Shown: positions 20,419 to 30,319, counted from the first letter of the stretch. The stretch is DNA of 64,000 bases from Chthoniobacteraceae bacterium (GCA_031409655.1 JANNXQ010000259.1:25914-89913), one strand, 5' to 3'. Program-made: numbers and translations. Notes: generated by a model from the sequence alone, not told the origin.

Positions 20419-22464
20419 ATGTCCCGCATCCGTCTTTTCGATCTCAATCCTGAGCAGGAGTCTGCCGTCCGCACGACGGAGGGGCCGCTGCTGATCCTGG
20501 CCGGTGCGGGGACCGGGAAGACGCGGGTGATCATCGCCCGGGTCGCTTATCTCATCGCGCAAGGCGTGGAGCCGAATCACATCCTTGCCGTCACTTTCAC
20601 GAACAAGGCGGCGAACGAAATGCGCGAGCGCCTCGCGGGGATGATCGAGAAAGCCGAGGCGAAGAAGGTCACGATGTCCACTTTTCACGCCCTCTGCGTG
20701 CGCATCCTGCGGCAGGACATCGAGCTGCTCGGGTACAAGAAGAACTTCTCGATCTATGACGAAGGGGACACGTCGGGCTTGATCAAGAAGATCATCACCC
20801 GGACCGCGGCGAAGGACGAGAAGCTGGACCCAGGTGTCGCGAAAAACCTGATCAGCAAAGCGAAGAACAATGGCTGGCGGGAGCCGCAGCCGGGCGAGGA
20901 GCAGACGCTGGTCGCCGCGGTCTTCGCGCGTTACCAGGCGGAGCTAAAGACGCTCAATGCGGTGGACTTTGACGACCTGCTGCTGCTCACCGTGCAATTG
21001 CTCGCCGAGCACGGCGCCGTGCGCGAGAAATGGAACCGGCGTTTCCGCTACCTGATGGTCGATGAGTTTCAGGACACCAACCGCCTGCAGCTCGAACTCG
21101 TGACGATGCTCGCGAAGCCGGACGTCGGTTCGGAACTCGCCAACGCGAACACTCCCAATATCTGTGTCGTCGGCGATGACGACCAATCAATCTACGGCTG
21201 GCGCGGCGCGGAAGTGAGCAACATCCTCGAATTTGAGCATCACTTTCCGAATCCGACGGTCGTGAAACTGGAGCAGAACTATCGCTCGACGAACGCGGTG
21301 CTGAACACCGCGAACGCCCTGATCAAAAACAACCCGCGCCGCCGGCCAAAGCAGCTCTGGAGCGCATCCGGCGATGGCGAGAAGGTGCGCGTGGTCCAGA
21401 TGACCGACGACCGCGAGGAGGCGCAATTCATCGCCGAGGAGATCCAGCGCCGGCAGCTCGATGGTGCGAAGCACGAGGACTTCGCGGTGCTCTTCCGGAT
21501 GAACGCGCAATCCCGGCTGATCGAAACAAACCTCCGCGCGCTGCAGATTCCGTATCGCGTGGTCGGGGGAAAAAGTTTCTTTGACCGGCGCGAAGTGAAG
21601 GACCTGCTGGCTTACGCGAGCTGCGTCTTGAACACCGAGGACGACGTTTCCCTGCTCCGCATCATCAACACGCCGGCGCGCGGCATCTCCTCGACGACTG
21701 TCGAGCGGGCCACGGAGTGGAGCGCGCGCCAGCGGTGCAGCGTCTTCGCCGCGCTGCAGTCGGCGGAGTTTCGCGCCACGCTCCCGGAGCGGACTTGCCG
21801 GAGCATCGATGCCTTCACGGCGTTGCTCGATCGCTTCGAGACCCGGCTCCACGAGCCACTCGCGGTCCAGAGCGGCGTGCTCCGCGATTTCATCAAGGAG
21901 ACTGGCTACGTCGAAGATTTGCGCCGGACCTGCAAGACGCCCGCGGAGTCGCTCGGTCGCGAGACGAACATCGAGGAGATGCTGACGTCGTTCAAAGATT
22001 ACGAAGCGAAGGAGACCGAGGGACTGCGCGGTTTTCTCGATCAGATGATGCTGCGGCAGGAGCGCGAGGAGGAGGACGAAGACGGGAAGGGGAGCGGCGT
22101 CACGCTGATCACCCTGCACGCCGCGAAGGGGCTCGAATTTCCGCACGTCTATCTGATCGGCCTCGAGGAGGGACTGCTCCCGCACGATCGCTCGAAACTC
22201 GAAGGCACGGTGGATGAAGAGCGGCGGCTGCTCTACGTGGGCATCACCCGCGCGCGCCAGACCCTGGCGCTGACGTGGTGCTACAACCGCATCAAATACG
22301 GCAGCGTCGCGCCCTGCACCCCGAGCAGCTTCATCAAGGAACTGCCCGCGGAGTGGATCGAACATCAGAACGCGGGGCAGATCATGTGCGCGCCGGTGGC
22401 CGAGGAGAGCGTGAAGGGGCGCTTCGGCGCGATGCGGGCGCTGGTCTTGAAACGGAGTTCGTAG
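20419..22464 (+). CDS. ATP-dependent DNA helicase, UvrD/PcrA/Rep family
   Basis: LNPEQ, ILAGAGTGKT, AVTFTNKAA, VDEFQDTN, VGDDDQSIYGWRGA, LEQNYRS, TLHAAKGLEF, EERRLLYVGITRA. Confidence 0.96.
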   Translation: MSRIRLFDLNPEQESAVRTTEGPLLILAGAGTGKTRVIIARVAYLIAQGVEPNHILAVTFTNKAANEMRERLAGMIEKAEAKKVTMSTFHALCVRILRQDIELLGYKKNFSIYDEGDTSGLIKKIITRTAAKDEKLDPGVAKNLISKAKNNGWREPQPGEEQTLVAAVFARYQAELKTLNAVDFDDLLLLTVQLLAEHGAVREKWNRRFRYLMVDEFQDTNRLQLELVTMLAKPDVGSELANANTPNICVVGDDDQSIYGWRGAEVSNILEFEHHFPNPTVVKLEQNYRSTNAVLNTANALIKNNPRRRPKQLWSASGDGEKVRVVQMTDDREEAQFIAEEIQRRQLDGAKHEDFAVLFRMNAQSRLIETNLRALQIPYRVVGGKSFFDRREVKDLLAYASCVLNTEDDVSLLRIINTPARGISSTTVERATEWSARQRCSVFAALQSAEFRATLPERTCRSIDAFTALLDRFETRLHEPLAVQSGVLRDFIKETGYVEDLRRTCKTPAESLGRETNIEEMLTSFKDYEAKETEGLRGFLDQMMLRQEREEEDEDGKGSGVTLITLHAAKGLEFPHVYLIGLEEGLLPHDRSKLEGTVDEERRLLYVGITRARQTLALTWCYNRIKYGSVAPCTPSSFIKELPAEWIEHQNAGQIMCAPVAEESVKGRFGAMRALVLKRSS

Positions 22465-22521
22465 GCGCGGGGCGAAACCTTCCGCTAGACGCGCTCGGCA
22501 CTCTGCCGAAGATTCCCGTTG

Positions 22522-23226
22522 ATGGATCCTGCCCCCACCAGCGCTTCCGTGGCGCAAGAATTTTCCGTCCTCAAGGACGGCGGCATCATCGGCCCCATGT
22601 CCCTCGCCGAGCTGCGCTCTGGGTTGGCGGATGGGCGCTTTGCGGAGAGCGATCTCGTGCAGCATGCGAAGGTGCCGCTCTGGCGCCGCGTCGCGACCCT
22701 GCCGGCGGTGGGGGAGGTGCAGGCGGGATTCGCGCGGGAGTGGGGCTGGCGGGAGATCTCCGGCGCGGCGGTCGCTCGGTTGAGGGAGGATGTGCAGTCG
22801 GCTTCGCTCGCCACGGCAGCGGTTTTTCTCGCGCTCGGTCTCGCGGCGTGGCTGCTCACCCACTGGCCGGTCTTTCTCTGGTTGCCGTGGTTCATCCCGC
22901 CGGTGGCGGCCGGCGTCATCGCGCTGACGCGAGGCGATCTCCGACGCGGGCTCCTGCTTTTGCTGACGGTCGCGGCTGTGCCGGCGCTGGCCACCACCTT
23001 CCGCCCGAAGCCAGCGCTCCCGACTTTGCCACCCGAGTCGGCGTCTCCGGATCGTGCTCCAGCGGAGTTGCCGCCCGCGGTCCCGATACCAGTGGCGAAG
23101 GTCGCGCCGATCGAACCTGAGCTGCCTTCGGTGAATGTCCGCCAGATTCCGCTGCCTCCGGACAAACCCGCCGCGCTCAAGCCACTCGTCCCGGCGGCTC
23201 CGGGCGAGCACCGCCTCGACCAATGA
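22522..23226 (+). CDS. Membrane protein with N-terminal GYF_2/DUF4339-like domain and Pro-rich C-terminus
   Basis: GPMSLAELR...DLV...W motif, about 3 TM segments, Pro-rich tail. Confidence 0.55.
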   Translation: MDPAPTSASVAQEFSVLKDGGIIGPMSLAELRSGLADGRFAESDLVQHAKVPLWRRVATLPAVGEVQAGFAREWGWREISGAAVARLREDVQSASLATAAVFLALGLAAWLLTHWPVFLWLPWFIPPVAAGVIALTRGDLRRGLLLLLTVAAVPALATTFRPKPALPTLPPESASPDRAPAELPPAVPIPVAKVAPIEPELPSVNVRQIPLPPDKPAALKPLVPAAPGEHRLDQ

Positions 23227-23262
23227 TACGATTTCCACGGTCGAATTGCCTGAAAGTCTAGG

Positions 23263-23475
23263 GAACGCCAACGGCGTTTCATCCGTCAGCCCAGGGTTGC
23301 GAGGAACGAGCTACCCTGGGTTTGCAAATTAAAATGGGAACAACCCTGAAAGGGTTGAATCAATCGTGGTCGAGGACGAAACCCCTTCAGGGTTTGCCTC
23401 GTTTTTACCCGATCGAACCCAGGGTAGCTCGTTCCTCGCAACCCTGGGCTGGAAGATGGAACGCCGTTGGCGTTC
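23263..23475. repeat. Large palindromic REP/REPIN- or MITE-like element between convergent genes
   Basis: Perfect 36-bp inverted arms 23287-23322 / 23416-23451 (CAGCCCAGGGTTGCGAGGAACGAGCTACCCTGGGTT). Terminal GAACGCCAACGGCGTT / AACGCCGTTGGCGTTC. Internal CAACCCTGAAAGGGTTG and AACCCCTTCAGGGTT hairpins. Confidence 0.9.
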
Positions 23476-23551
23476 TCGCAGCGTAACTGGGCAAATCGTG
23501 TGAAGCGCAGGTCGTCGCCCGCTGGCCGGTCGGGCTCCTGAAGCGCGCTCG

Positions 23552-26500
23552 TCAGAGCGCGCGGATCAGGAGGAGCACTTCGCGCAGACGCTTCCTCGGA
23601 TCGGTCGCGCCGACGCGGGGGAATTTCCCGTCGATCTGAATGAAGTCCCCGTGGCGGGTGAGCATCACGCGGTTCTCCTGCACTTCCACGATCGCCACCT
23701 TCCGCGCGGCTGCGGAAAGTTTGATCTCGGTGAGCAGGAGCAGATTTTCGACCGGCTCCGGGAGCGCGCCGAAACGGTCGCGCCAGGTCGCGCGCAATTT
23801 ATCGAGGGCCTCCTGGGACGCGATCTCGGAGAGCCGGCGGTAGGCTTGGATGCGCGGCTGGGCTTCGGCGATGTAGCTGGCGGGGAGGAACGCCGCGGCC
23901 ATCGCGGGGTCGTTTTTTTTCCAATCCGCCTCGCGCAAGGCCACGAAGTCCGTGCGCAAGACCACCTCGAGCCGCGACCGCACTTTCTCTCCCTTCAGCC
24001 TGTTGATCGCCTGCTTGAGCAGCGAGCAGTAGAGGTCGAAGCCGATGGTGATGATGTGCCCACTCTGCGCGGTGCCGAGGATGTTCCCCGCGCCGCGGAT
24101 CTCCAGATCGCGCATCGCGATTTTGAAACCGGCGCCGAGCGAACTGTACTGTTTGATCGCATTGATCCGCTTGCGCGCTTCCCCGAGCGTCATCATATCG
24201 CGCGGGAGCAGGAGGTAGGCGTAGGCCTTGTGCTGCGCGCGGCCCACCCGGCCGCGGAGCTGGTAGAGATCGGCGAGGCCGAAGCGATCTGCGCGGTCGA
24301 TGATAATGGTGTTCGCGTTCGGGATATCGAGGCCGCTCTCGATGATCGTCGTCGAGATGAGGACGTCCGCCTCGCCATTCACAAACTGCTGCATCACGCC
24401 CTCGAGCTCGTGCTCATTCATCTGCCCATGGCCCACGACGATCCGCGCTTTCGGACAAAGCTGCTGGATGCGCGCGCGCACTTTCTCGATCGATTGCACG
24501 CGGTTATGGAGGAAGTACACCTGCCCTTGCCGCGCCATCTCGCGGGTGATGGCATCGCGGATGATCCGCTCGTCATACGGGCAGATGAGGGTCTCGACCG
24601 GGATGCGATTGAGCGGCGGCGTCTCGATCGTGCTCATGTCCTTCGCGCCCATGAGGGAGAGGTACAAAGTGCGCGGGATCGGCGTGGCCGAGAGCGTCAT
24701 CATGTCCACGAGCTTGAACATCTCCTTGAACCGCTCCTTGTGCAGCACGCCGAAGCGCTGCTCTTCGTCGATCACCACGAGACCGAGATTTTTGAACTCG
24801 ATGTCCTTGGAAAGTAGGCGGTGCGTGCCGACGAGGATGTCCGCCGTGCCTTCGCGCGTGGCGGCCACGGCTTTGCGCTGCTCGGCGGGCGTGCGGAAAC
24901 GGCTGAGGACCTCCACGGTCACCGGATAGTCCGACATCCGCTCGCGGAAATTCTGGTAGTGCTGCTGCGCGAGGACCGTGGTCGGGACGAGGATGGCGAC
25001 CTGCTTGCCGCCCATCACCGCCTTGAACGCCGCGCGAATCGCGACCTCCGTTTTGCCAAAGCCGACATCGCCGCAGATCAGCCGATCCATCGGTTGCTCG
25101 CTCTCCATGTCGGCTTTCACGGCGTTGATCGCAGTCAGTTGGTCCGGCGTTTCTTTGTAAAGGAACGACGCCTCGAACTCATGCTGCCATTTCGTGTCCG
25201 GCGAAAAGGCGTGGCCGACCGCGGTCTCGCGCGCCGCGTGGACGGCGAGCAGCCGTGCGGCATAATCGAAGACCGCCTGCTCCGCGCTTTTCTTCGCCTT
25301 TGACCACTTGCCGTCGCCGAGCGTGGAGAGCGGCGGGTTATTGCGACCGACGCCGACGTAGCGCGAAATGAGGAAGGATTGTTCGAGCGGGACGTAGAGC
25401 TTCGCTTCATTAGCAAACGCGACGACGAGCACTTCCTCGGTAGCCGATTGTAGGGCAAGCGCTTCGCTTGCCTCGCCGTTCGGCAAGCGGGGCGCTTGCC
25501 CTAGAACGCCGTCGCCTCGCGGGATCGAGCGCATCCCCTCGTAGCGCCCGATGCCGTGTTCGAGATGCACCACGAGGTCGTCTTCATTCAGCTCGCTGAA
25601 GTCGATCTGCGTGCGGCTGGCCTGATCGCGCGCGCGGCGCAGGGCGAGACGGCGCGCGCGGTTGTTCCGATAGCGCCCGAAGAGCTCCGCATCCGAGAGC
25701 ACCGCGACCTTGGCCTCGGGAAAGGTGAAGCCGCGCGCCAGCGTGCCGATGCTGAAGACGAGCGGATCGAGTTCGACGGCGGGGATGAGTTCGCGGAGCC
25801 GTTCGATCTCGCCCTCGTTGTTGCAGAAGATGTGGGTCTGCCAGCCTTGCTCGCGCCATTGCCGGAGCTGCGCGAAGAAGCTCTCGCGCTTGAGCTCATC
25901 GACCACGAAATCGCCGGCCTCGAATTCGCCCAGCCCGTGATCGAAGAAGGCCGTGGTGAAATCCTCGACGCCTTCGTAGCCGTGCGCGCCCTCGACCATC
26001 GACACCCGCGCCGCCGGAAAGCTGCCGCCCACATCCACTGTCAGGTCGCGTTTACCGAGGTAGTCTTGCAGCACGCAGTCGAGCTTCTCCACTTCGCCGA
26101 GGAGGAGGGTGCAAGCGATCATCGAGCGCACCGAAGTCTGCGTATCGAGGTCGAACTCGCGCAGCGATTCGATCTCCTCGTCGGAGAGTTCCACGCGGAT
26201 GGGCAGTCCGTGGTGCAGGGAAAAAATGTCGAGGATGCCGCCGCGCACCGCGAATTGGCGCCGCGCCGAGACCTGCGCCACCCGCTCGTAACCCGCCGCC
26301 GCGAGCTGCGCGATGAGTTGCTCGCGATCGAGCTTCATCTTCGGCCGCAACCAGACCTCCTGCGCCTTCAGCGTCGCTGGCGTCGGCACGCTATTGGTCA
26401 GACTCGCCTTCGTGAGCACGATGGGGTGGCGGTTCTTCGGATCGGAAAGTTTCTGGACGATGGCCAGCCGCTCGGCGGTGGTCTCGGGATCGGCCACGGC

Positions 26501-26773
26501 CCCGGCAAAGGCCGCGAGTTCCGACTCCGGGAAAAAGAGCGCGTCCGGGAACCAGTTGAGGAGTTCATTGTGCATCGTCTCCTGCGAGCGCACATCCGAG
26601 CAGACCAGCCAGAGCCGCTGCTTCAGCTCCCGCACGAGGATCGCCGCGAGGAAGGGCTGCGCGGATTCCGTGACATGCTCAAAGACCACCGTGCTTTCCG
26701 CGCCCGAGATCTGCGCGAGCTTGGCCGCCAGCGGCGGAGCCGAGGCGAGGGTGTCGAGGAGGTCGCGCTTCAT
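23552..26773 (-). CDS. mfd: Transcription-repair coupling factor Mfd
   Basis: UvrB-homology N-terminus (FAVRGGILDIF), RID (VVHLEHGIGRY), ETPDQ, DRLICGDVGFGKTEVA, DEEQRFGV, SATPIPRTL, QLRGRVGR, RDLEIRGAGNILG. Confidence 0.97.
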   Translation of the reverse strand: MKRDLLDTLASAPPLAAKLAQISGAESTVVFEHVTESAQPFLAAILVRELKQRLWLVCSDVRSQETMHNELLNWFPDALFFPESELAAFAGAVADPETTAERLAIVQKLSDPKNRHPIVLTKASLTNSVPTPATLKAQEVWLRPKMKLDREQLIAQLAAAGYERVAQVSARRQFAVRGGILDIFSLHHGLPIRVELSDEEIESLREFDLDTQTSVRSMIACTLLLGEVEKLDCVLQDYLGKRDLTVDVGGSFPAARVSMVEGAHGYEGVEDFTTAFFDHGLGEFEAGDFVVDELKRESFFAQLRQWREQGWQTHIFCNNEGEIERLRELIPAVELDPLVFSIGTLARGFTFPEAKVAVLSDAELFGRYRNNRARRLALRRARDQASRTQIDFSELNEDDLVVHLEHGIGRYEGMRSIPRGDGVLGQAPRLPNGEASEALALQSATEEVLVVAFANEAKLYVPLEQSFLISRYVGVGRNNPPLSTLGDGKWSKAKKSAEQAVFDYAARLLAVHAARETAVGHAFSPDTKWQHEFEASFLYKETPDQLTAINAVKADMESEQPMDRLICGDVGFGKTEVAIRAAFKAVMGGKQVAILVPTTVLAQQHYQNFRERMSDYPVTVEVLSRFRTPAEQRKAVAATREGTADILVGTHRLLSKDIEFKNLGLVVIDEEQRFGVLHKERFKEMFKLVDMMTLSATPIPRTLYLSLMGAKDMSTIETPPLNRIPVETLICPYDERIIRDAITREMARQGQVYFLHNRVQSIEKVRARIQQLCPKARIVVGHGQMNEHELEGVMQQFVNGEADVLISTTIIESGLDIPNANTIIIDRADRFGLADLYQLRGRVGRAQHKAYAYLLLPRDMMTLGEARKRINAIKQYSSLGAGFKIAMRDLEIRGAGNILGTAQSGHIITIGFDLYCSLLKQAINRLKGEKVRSRLEVVLRTDFVALREADWKKNDPAMAAAFLPASYIAEAQPRIQAYRRLSEIASQEALDKLRATWRDRFGALPEPVENLLLLTEIKLSAAARKVAIVEVQENRVMLTRHGDFIQIDGKFPRVGATDPRKRLREVLLLIRAL
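25450..25504. repeat. GTAG-type REP-like palindrome located in frame inside mfd
   Basis: GTAGGGCAAGCGCTTCGCTTGCC-9nt-GGCAAGCGGGGCGCTTGCCCTAG; arms 25451-25472 / 25482-25503 match 20/22. Confidence 0.8.
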
Positions 26774-26827
26774 GAGAGCCCCGACTTTCGCGAAGCCATC
26801 CAGCCAATCCACTACTTTCCATCGAGT

Positions 26828-26987
26828 CCTGGATGGACCTGCTCCATCAGGTCCCTGATCAAATAGGCGGAGGCGGCGCGGAGCTTCCGGCAGCCTCGGG
26901 CTCCGCGCCGCCTCCGCCTGCGGAAGATGGGGACATGACGAAGCAGGTCCCTCCAGGTATGGCCACGACGGAGCGTGTCCCTCCAGG
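26828..26987. repeat. Nested REP-like cluster between the GT2 gene and mfd
   Basis: Outer arms 26828-26855 / 26930-26957 (24/28 complementary), perfect 20-bp inner arms 26865-26884 / 26900-26919, and a third degenerate outer-arm copy at 26961-26987. Confidence 0.8.
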
Positions 26988-26989
26988 GC

Positions 26990-27868
26990 TCACGGAATTT
27001 TCTCTCCGCTTGGACGCGGGGCGTGGCGGAGTTCGTGGGTCTTGGCCACGCTCAGGAATTCGTAGATGCCGTGGAGCCGGGCAAAGTAGTAGCCGGCCGC
27101 GCCGTCGAGGAAGCCGCGCTGCCACACATACACGTAGAGAAAACGGAGCAGGCCGCGGAAGGGGAGCGCCTGGGAGAGCTCCTTCAGCCGCCGCCGGGTG
27201 CCGACTTCGCTGCTTTGCAGTCGCCCGCTGCTGGCCCGCAGATGGCGGTCCAGCGCGACCCGGGCTTCCCAGTTTGAGTAGCGATTATGCTTTTCCACGA
27301 AGACGGCCACGGAGGGGAAGGCGTAGTGATCCATCTCGGACCGGAGCCGCGCGGTGGGGCCGGTGACGACGACGTGTTCGTGGACTTCATTGTCGCCGCT
27401 CTGGGTGTCGATGTCGGTGAGCTTTTCGTAACGCCCGAGCCGGTGCCGGAAGAGGCGCAGATTCCAATTCGGGTAATAGGCGTGCCGCAGCCACTGACCC
27501 ATGAACATGAAGCGGCGATTGATCCAATAGCCCGCCGTCGCGTGCTGCGGATCGGTGACGATGGCGCGGAACTCGGCCTCGGCCTCGGGCGGGAGCACCT
27601 CGTCCGCATCGAGGATGAAGACCCACTCGTGACGGAAGGGGAGATGCTCCAGCGCCCAGTTTTTCTTCTTCGGCCAGGTGCCGTTGAAGGCGAATTGCAC
27701 GACCTGCGCGCCATGTGCCTTGGCGATCTCCTGCGAAGCATCCGTGCTCGCGGAATCGACGACGAAGATCTCCGCGGCCCAGCGCACGGAGGCGAGGCAT
27801 CGGAGGAGATTGTCCGCTTCGTTTTTGATCGGGATGAGGATGGAAACGGGGACGCGGTCGGGGTTCAT
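26990..27868 (-). CDS. Glycosyltransferase family 2
   Basis: VSILIPIKNEADNL..CLASV, VVDSASTD, KKNWALEHLP, WVFILDADE, VHEH, KHNRYS; ATG overlaps the upstream GT4 stop. Confidence 0.92.
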   Translation of the reverse strand: MNPDRVPVSILIPIKNEADNLLRCLASVRWAAEIFVVDSASTDASQEIAKAHGAQVVQFAFNGTWPKKKNWALEHLPFRHEWVFILDADEVLPPEAEAEFRAIVTDPQHATAGYWINRRFMFMGQWLRHAYYPNWNLRLFRHRLGRYEKLTDIDTQSGDNEVHEHVVVTGPTARLRSEMDHYAFPSVAVFVEKHNRYSNWEARVALDRHLRASSGRLQSSEVGTRRRLKELSQALPFRGLLRFLYVYVWQRGFLDGAAGYYFARLHGIYEFLSVAKTHELRHAPRPSGEKIP

Positions 27869-30153
27869 GCGGGTCGATCGGGAGCGGCCACGAGGGACTG
27901 GAAGTCGTCGAGATACATCCCGGCGATCCGCGTCAGCGAGTAGTTTTCCATCTTCCGCAGGGCGGCGTCGCTGGCGCGGGCGAGGCCTGCGGGATCGCTG
28001 AGCAAGGTGGCGAGCTTTTCCGCCAGCGCGGCGGTGGGCTGCGACGCGCGGTGGTCGAAGACGAAGCCATCCACGTCGGCGCTCACGAAATCGCGGAAGC
28101 ACTCGAGGTCCGAGACGAGGGCGGGGCAGCCGTGCGCCATGGCTTCGAGGGGGGCGAGGCCGAAGGTCTCGCCGTGCTCGGCGAGGGACGGATAGACGAA
28201 GAGCGACGCGCGCAGGAGGTGGCTGCCGAGCAGGCCGGGATCGTAGATGGGGCCGGCGAAAGTGACGCCGCTCTCCGGCGCGCCCGCGAGGTCGGCGAGA
28301 CGCTGCTGATATTCGCGACCGCCGCCGCCGGCGCTCACGTCGGACGGGCCGACGATGAGGAGTCGCCAGTCGCCGAAGCGCGCGCGCGGGAGGAGGCGGA
28401 AGGCCTCGATGAGGAGATGCACGCCTTTCTCGGGATGCACGCGCCCGATGAAGAGGATCTCCTTTTCCCGCGTGCTGAAGGGGGGCAGGGACGCGGGTCG
28501 CGCGTGGAGCACTGGGTAGGGGATGGTGCAGGCCTGATGGCGCGGGACGCGGGCCTCGGCGAGGATGGCCTCCAGGACGACGCGCGAGACTGTCTGCAAA
28601 CGCGCGACGTGGCGGTAGAAGCGCATCTGGCCGCGGGGAAAGCGCGCGACGTGGACGTAGAGGCGGCCGCGGCGCGCGGAGCGGAGGAGGATGGGCAGCC
28701 AGAAGGTATTCGTGACGAGGATGTCGGCGGGCGGGAGCTGGCGCGCGACGCGCAGGGAGTAGAGGAGATCGAGCAACTTCAACCACAGGAGTGAGCGCGG
28801 GGTATCGGAGCCGCCGATGCGGATGTGGCGCACGCCGGCGATGGTCTCGGTCGTGGGCAGGCTCGGATACTGGCGGGAAATGTGGGTGACCTGGTGGCCG
28901 CGTTGCGCAAACTCCTGGCCGAGCGCGAACCAGACCTTTTCGACCGCGCCGCCGAGGAGTGGCGGCACGGGGAGGAAGGCGCCCTGGGCGATGGTGATCC
29001 GCAGCGGCGCCGCGGACCCGGGCAGTCCGGCATTCCGGGCGCTGAGGGCGCGGAAATCGGCGAGATATTCCTGCGCGATGACGGCCGCGGAGAAGCGGTC
29101 GCGGGCTTTTATGAAAGCGGCGGCGCCGAGACGCGGCAGGGCGTCGCGATGCGTGGAGAAGTACGCGAACGCCGCGCCCAGGCTGGCGGCGTCACCCGCG
29201 CGGGCGACGTAGCCATTGATCTGGTGATCGATGGCTTCCGTCATCGGGCCGAAGTCCGAGACGAGGATCGGCTTGGCCTGCGCCATGCCTTCGAGCACGG
29301 CCATGCTGAAGGTCTCGCCAGTGAGCGACGGCACGCAGATGACGTCGGCGGCGGCGACTTGCGCGGCGAGCTGCGCTTTGTCGTAGATCGGCGGGAGCAG
29401 CTCCACATTTCCCGCGAGCTGCCGCTGTGCGACATAGGCGGACATTTCGCGGAAGAAGGCGGTGTCCGCGCCGCTCTCGTCGGTCTGCGGGCCGACGGTG
29501 GCGAGCGTGTTTTGCGGATGCTGCGGCAGCGCGAGCTCGAAGCCTTTGATGAGCGACTCGAGGCCCTTGTCGCGCACGAAGCGGCCGACATACAGGAACC
29601 GCAGCCCGGCCCCGGTGCGCGGTGGAGACGGGGGCGGCTGCGCGTCGGGCGGGATGGCGACGCAATTCCAGATGCGCTTCAGATTGCGGATGCGCGGGTC
29701 GATGGCGAGCGCCTGCTGGACCACGGCGTCGCCACCGCCATACACGCGATCAAGGTTGCGGTAGAGCGGGACGATCGGCTTCGGCGTCCGATGGATCGTG
29801 TGCGCGCAGACGCCGATGCCGCGGCGGTAGCGCAGGAGAAAAGAGAACGCCGTGTGGAAGGTGGTCACGTCGGCGCTTTCGAGCACCGGCCAGAGGCGCA
29901 CGGCCCAGCGGAGCGCGTTGAGATGATCGAGCCACAGATTCGGATGCAGCGGGTAACCACGGAGCCGGATGTGGCGGATGCCGTGCGCGTCCGTTTCGCG
30001 CTCGGGGAGTTCGGGCACGGCGCGGGAGTAGGCGACGACCTCGTGGCCGAGCCGCGCGAATTCCCGGGCGAGCATCCAGTTCAGATTTTCGACGCCGCCG
30101 CCGCGGATGGGAGGAAAGACGAGCTGCTGCCCGAGCACGAGATTGATCTTCAT
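27865..30153 (-). CDS. Tandem (two-module) glycosyltransferase family 4 protein
   Basis: Two GT-B modules: GGGVE...GHEV...YVGRFVRDKG...ETFSMAVLEGMA and GGAVEK...GHQV...FIGRVHPEKG...ETFGLAPLEAMA. Confidence 0.9.
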   Translation of the reverse strand: MKINLVLGQQLVFPPIRGGGVENLNWMLAREFARLGHEVVAYSRAVPELPERETDAHGIRHIRLRGYPLHPNLWLDHLNALRWAVRLWPVLESADVTTFHTAFSFLLRYRRGIGVCAHTIHRTPKPIVPLYRNLDRVYGGGDAVVQQALAIDPRIRNLKRIWNCVAIPPDAQPPPSPPRTGAGLRFLYVGRFVRDKGLESLIKGFELALPQHPQNTLATVGPQTDESGADTAFFREMSAYVAQRQLAGNVELLPPIYDKAQLAAQVAAADVICVPSLTGETFSMAVLEGMAQAKPILVSDFGPMTEAIDHQINGYVARAGDAASLGAAFAYFSTHRDALPRLGAAAFIKARDRFSAAVIAQEYLADFRALSARNAGLPGSAAPLRITIAQGAFLPVPPLLGGAVEKVWFALGQEFAQRGHQVTHISRQYPSLPTTETIAGVRHIRIGGSDTPRSLLWLKLLDLLYSLRVARQLPPADILVTNTFWLPILLRSARRGRLYVHVARFPRGQMRFYRHVARLQTVSRVVLEAILAEARVPRHQACTIPYPVLHARPASLPPFSTREKEILFIGRVHPEKGVHLLIEAFRLLPRARFGDWRLLIVGPSDVSAGGGGREYQQRLADLAGAPESGVTFAGPIYDPGLLGSHLLRASLFVYPSLAEHGETFGLAPLEAMAHGCPALVSDLECFRDFVSADVDGFVFDHRASQPTAALAEKLATLLSDPAGLARASDAALRKMENYSLTRIAGMYLDDFQSLVAAPDRPA

Positions 30154-30184
30154 CTAAGCGGGGATGGTGCAGGCCCAGCGGCTA

Positions 30185-30319
30185 TTTGAAAACGCAGAGA
30201 CGCGGAGACGCAGAGGACGCAGAGAAAAAGCCTTTCGCATTTCCCCGACGGCAAAAGTGAAAAACGCCTGCTTTCTTCCTCTGCGATCTCCGCGTCTCTG
30301 CGTCTCTGCGTTTTCAAAA
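30185..30319. repeat. 8-9-nt tandem-repeat hairpin, (ACGCAGAG)n ... (CTCTGCGT)n
   Basis: TTTGAAAACGCAGAGACGCGGAGACGCAGAGGACGCAGAG ... CTCTGCGATCTCCGCGTCTCTGCGTCTCTGCGTTTTCAAA. Confidence 0.88.
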
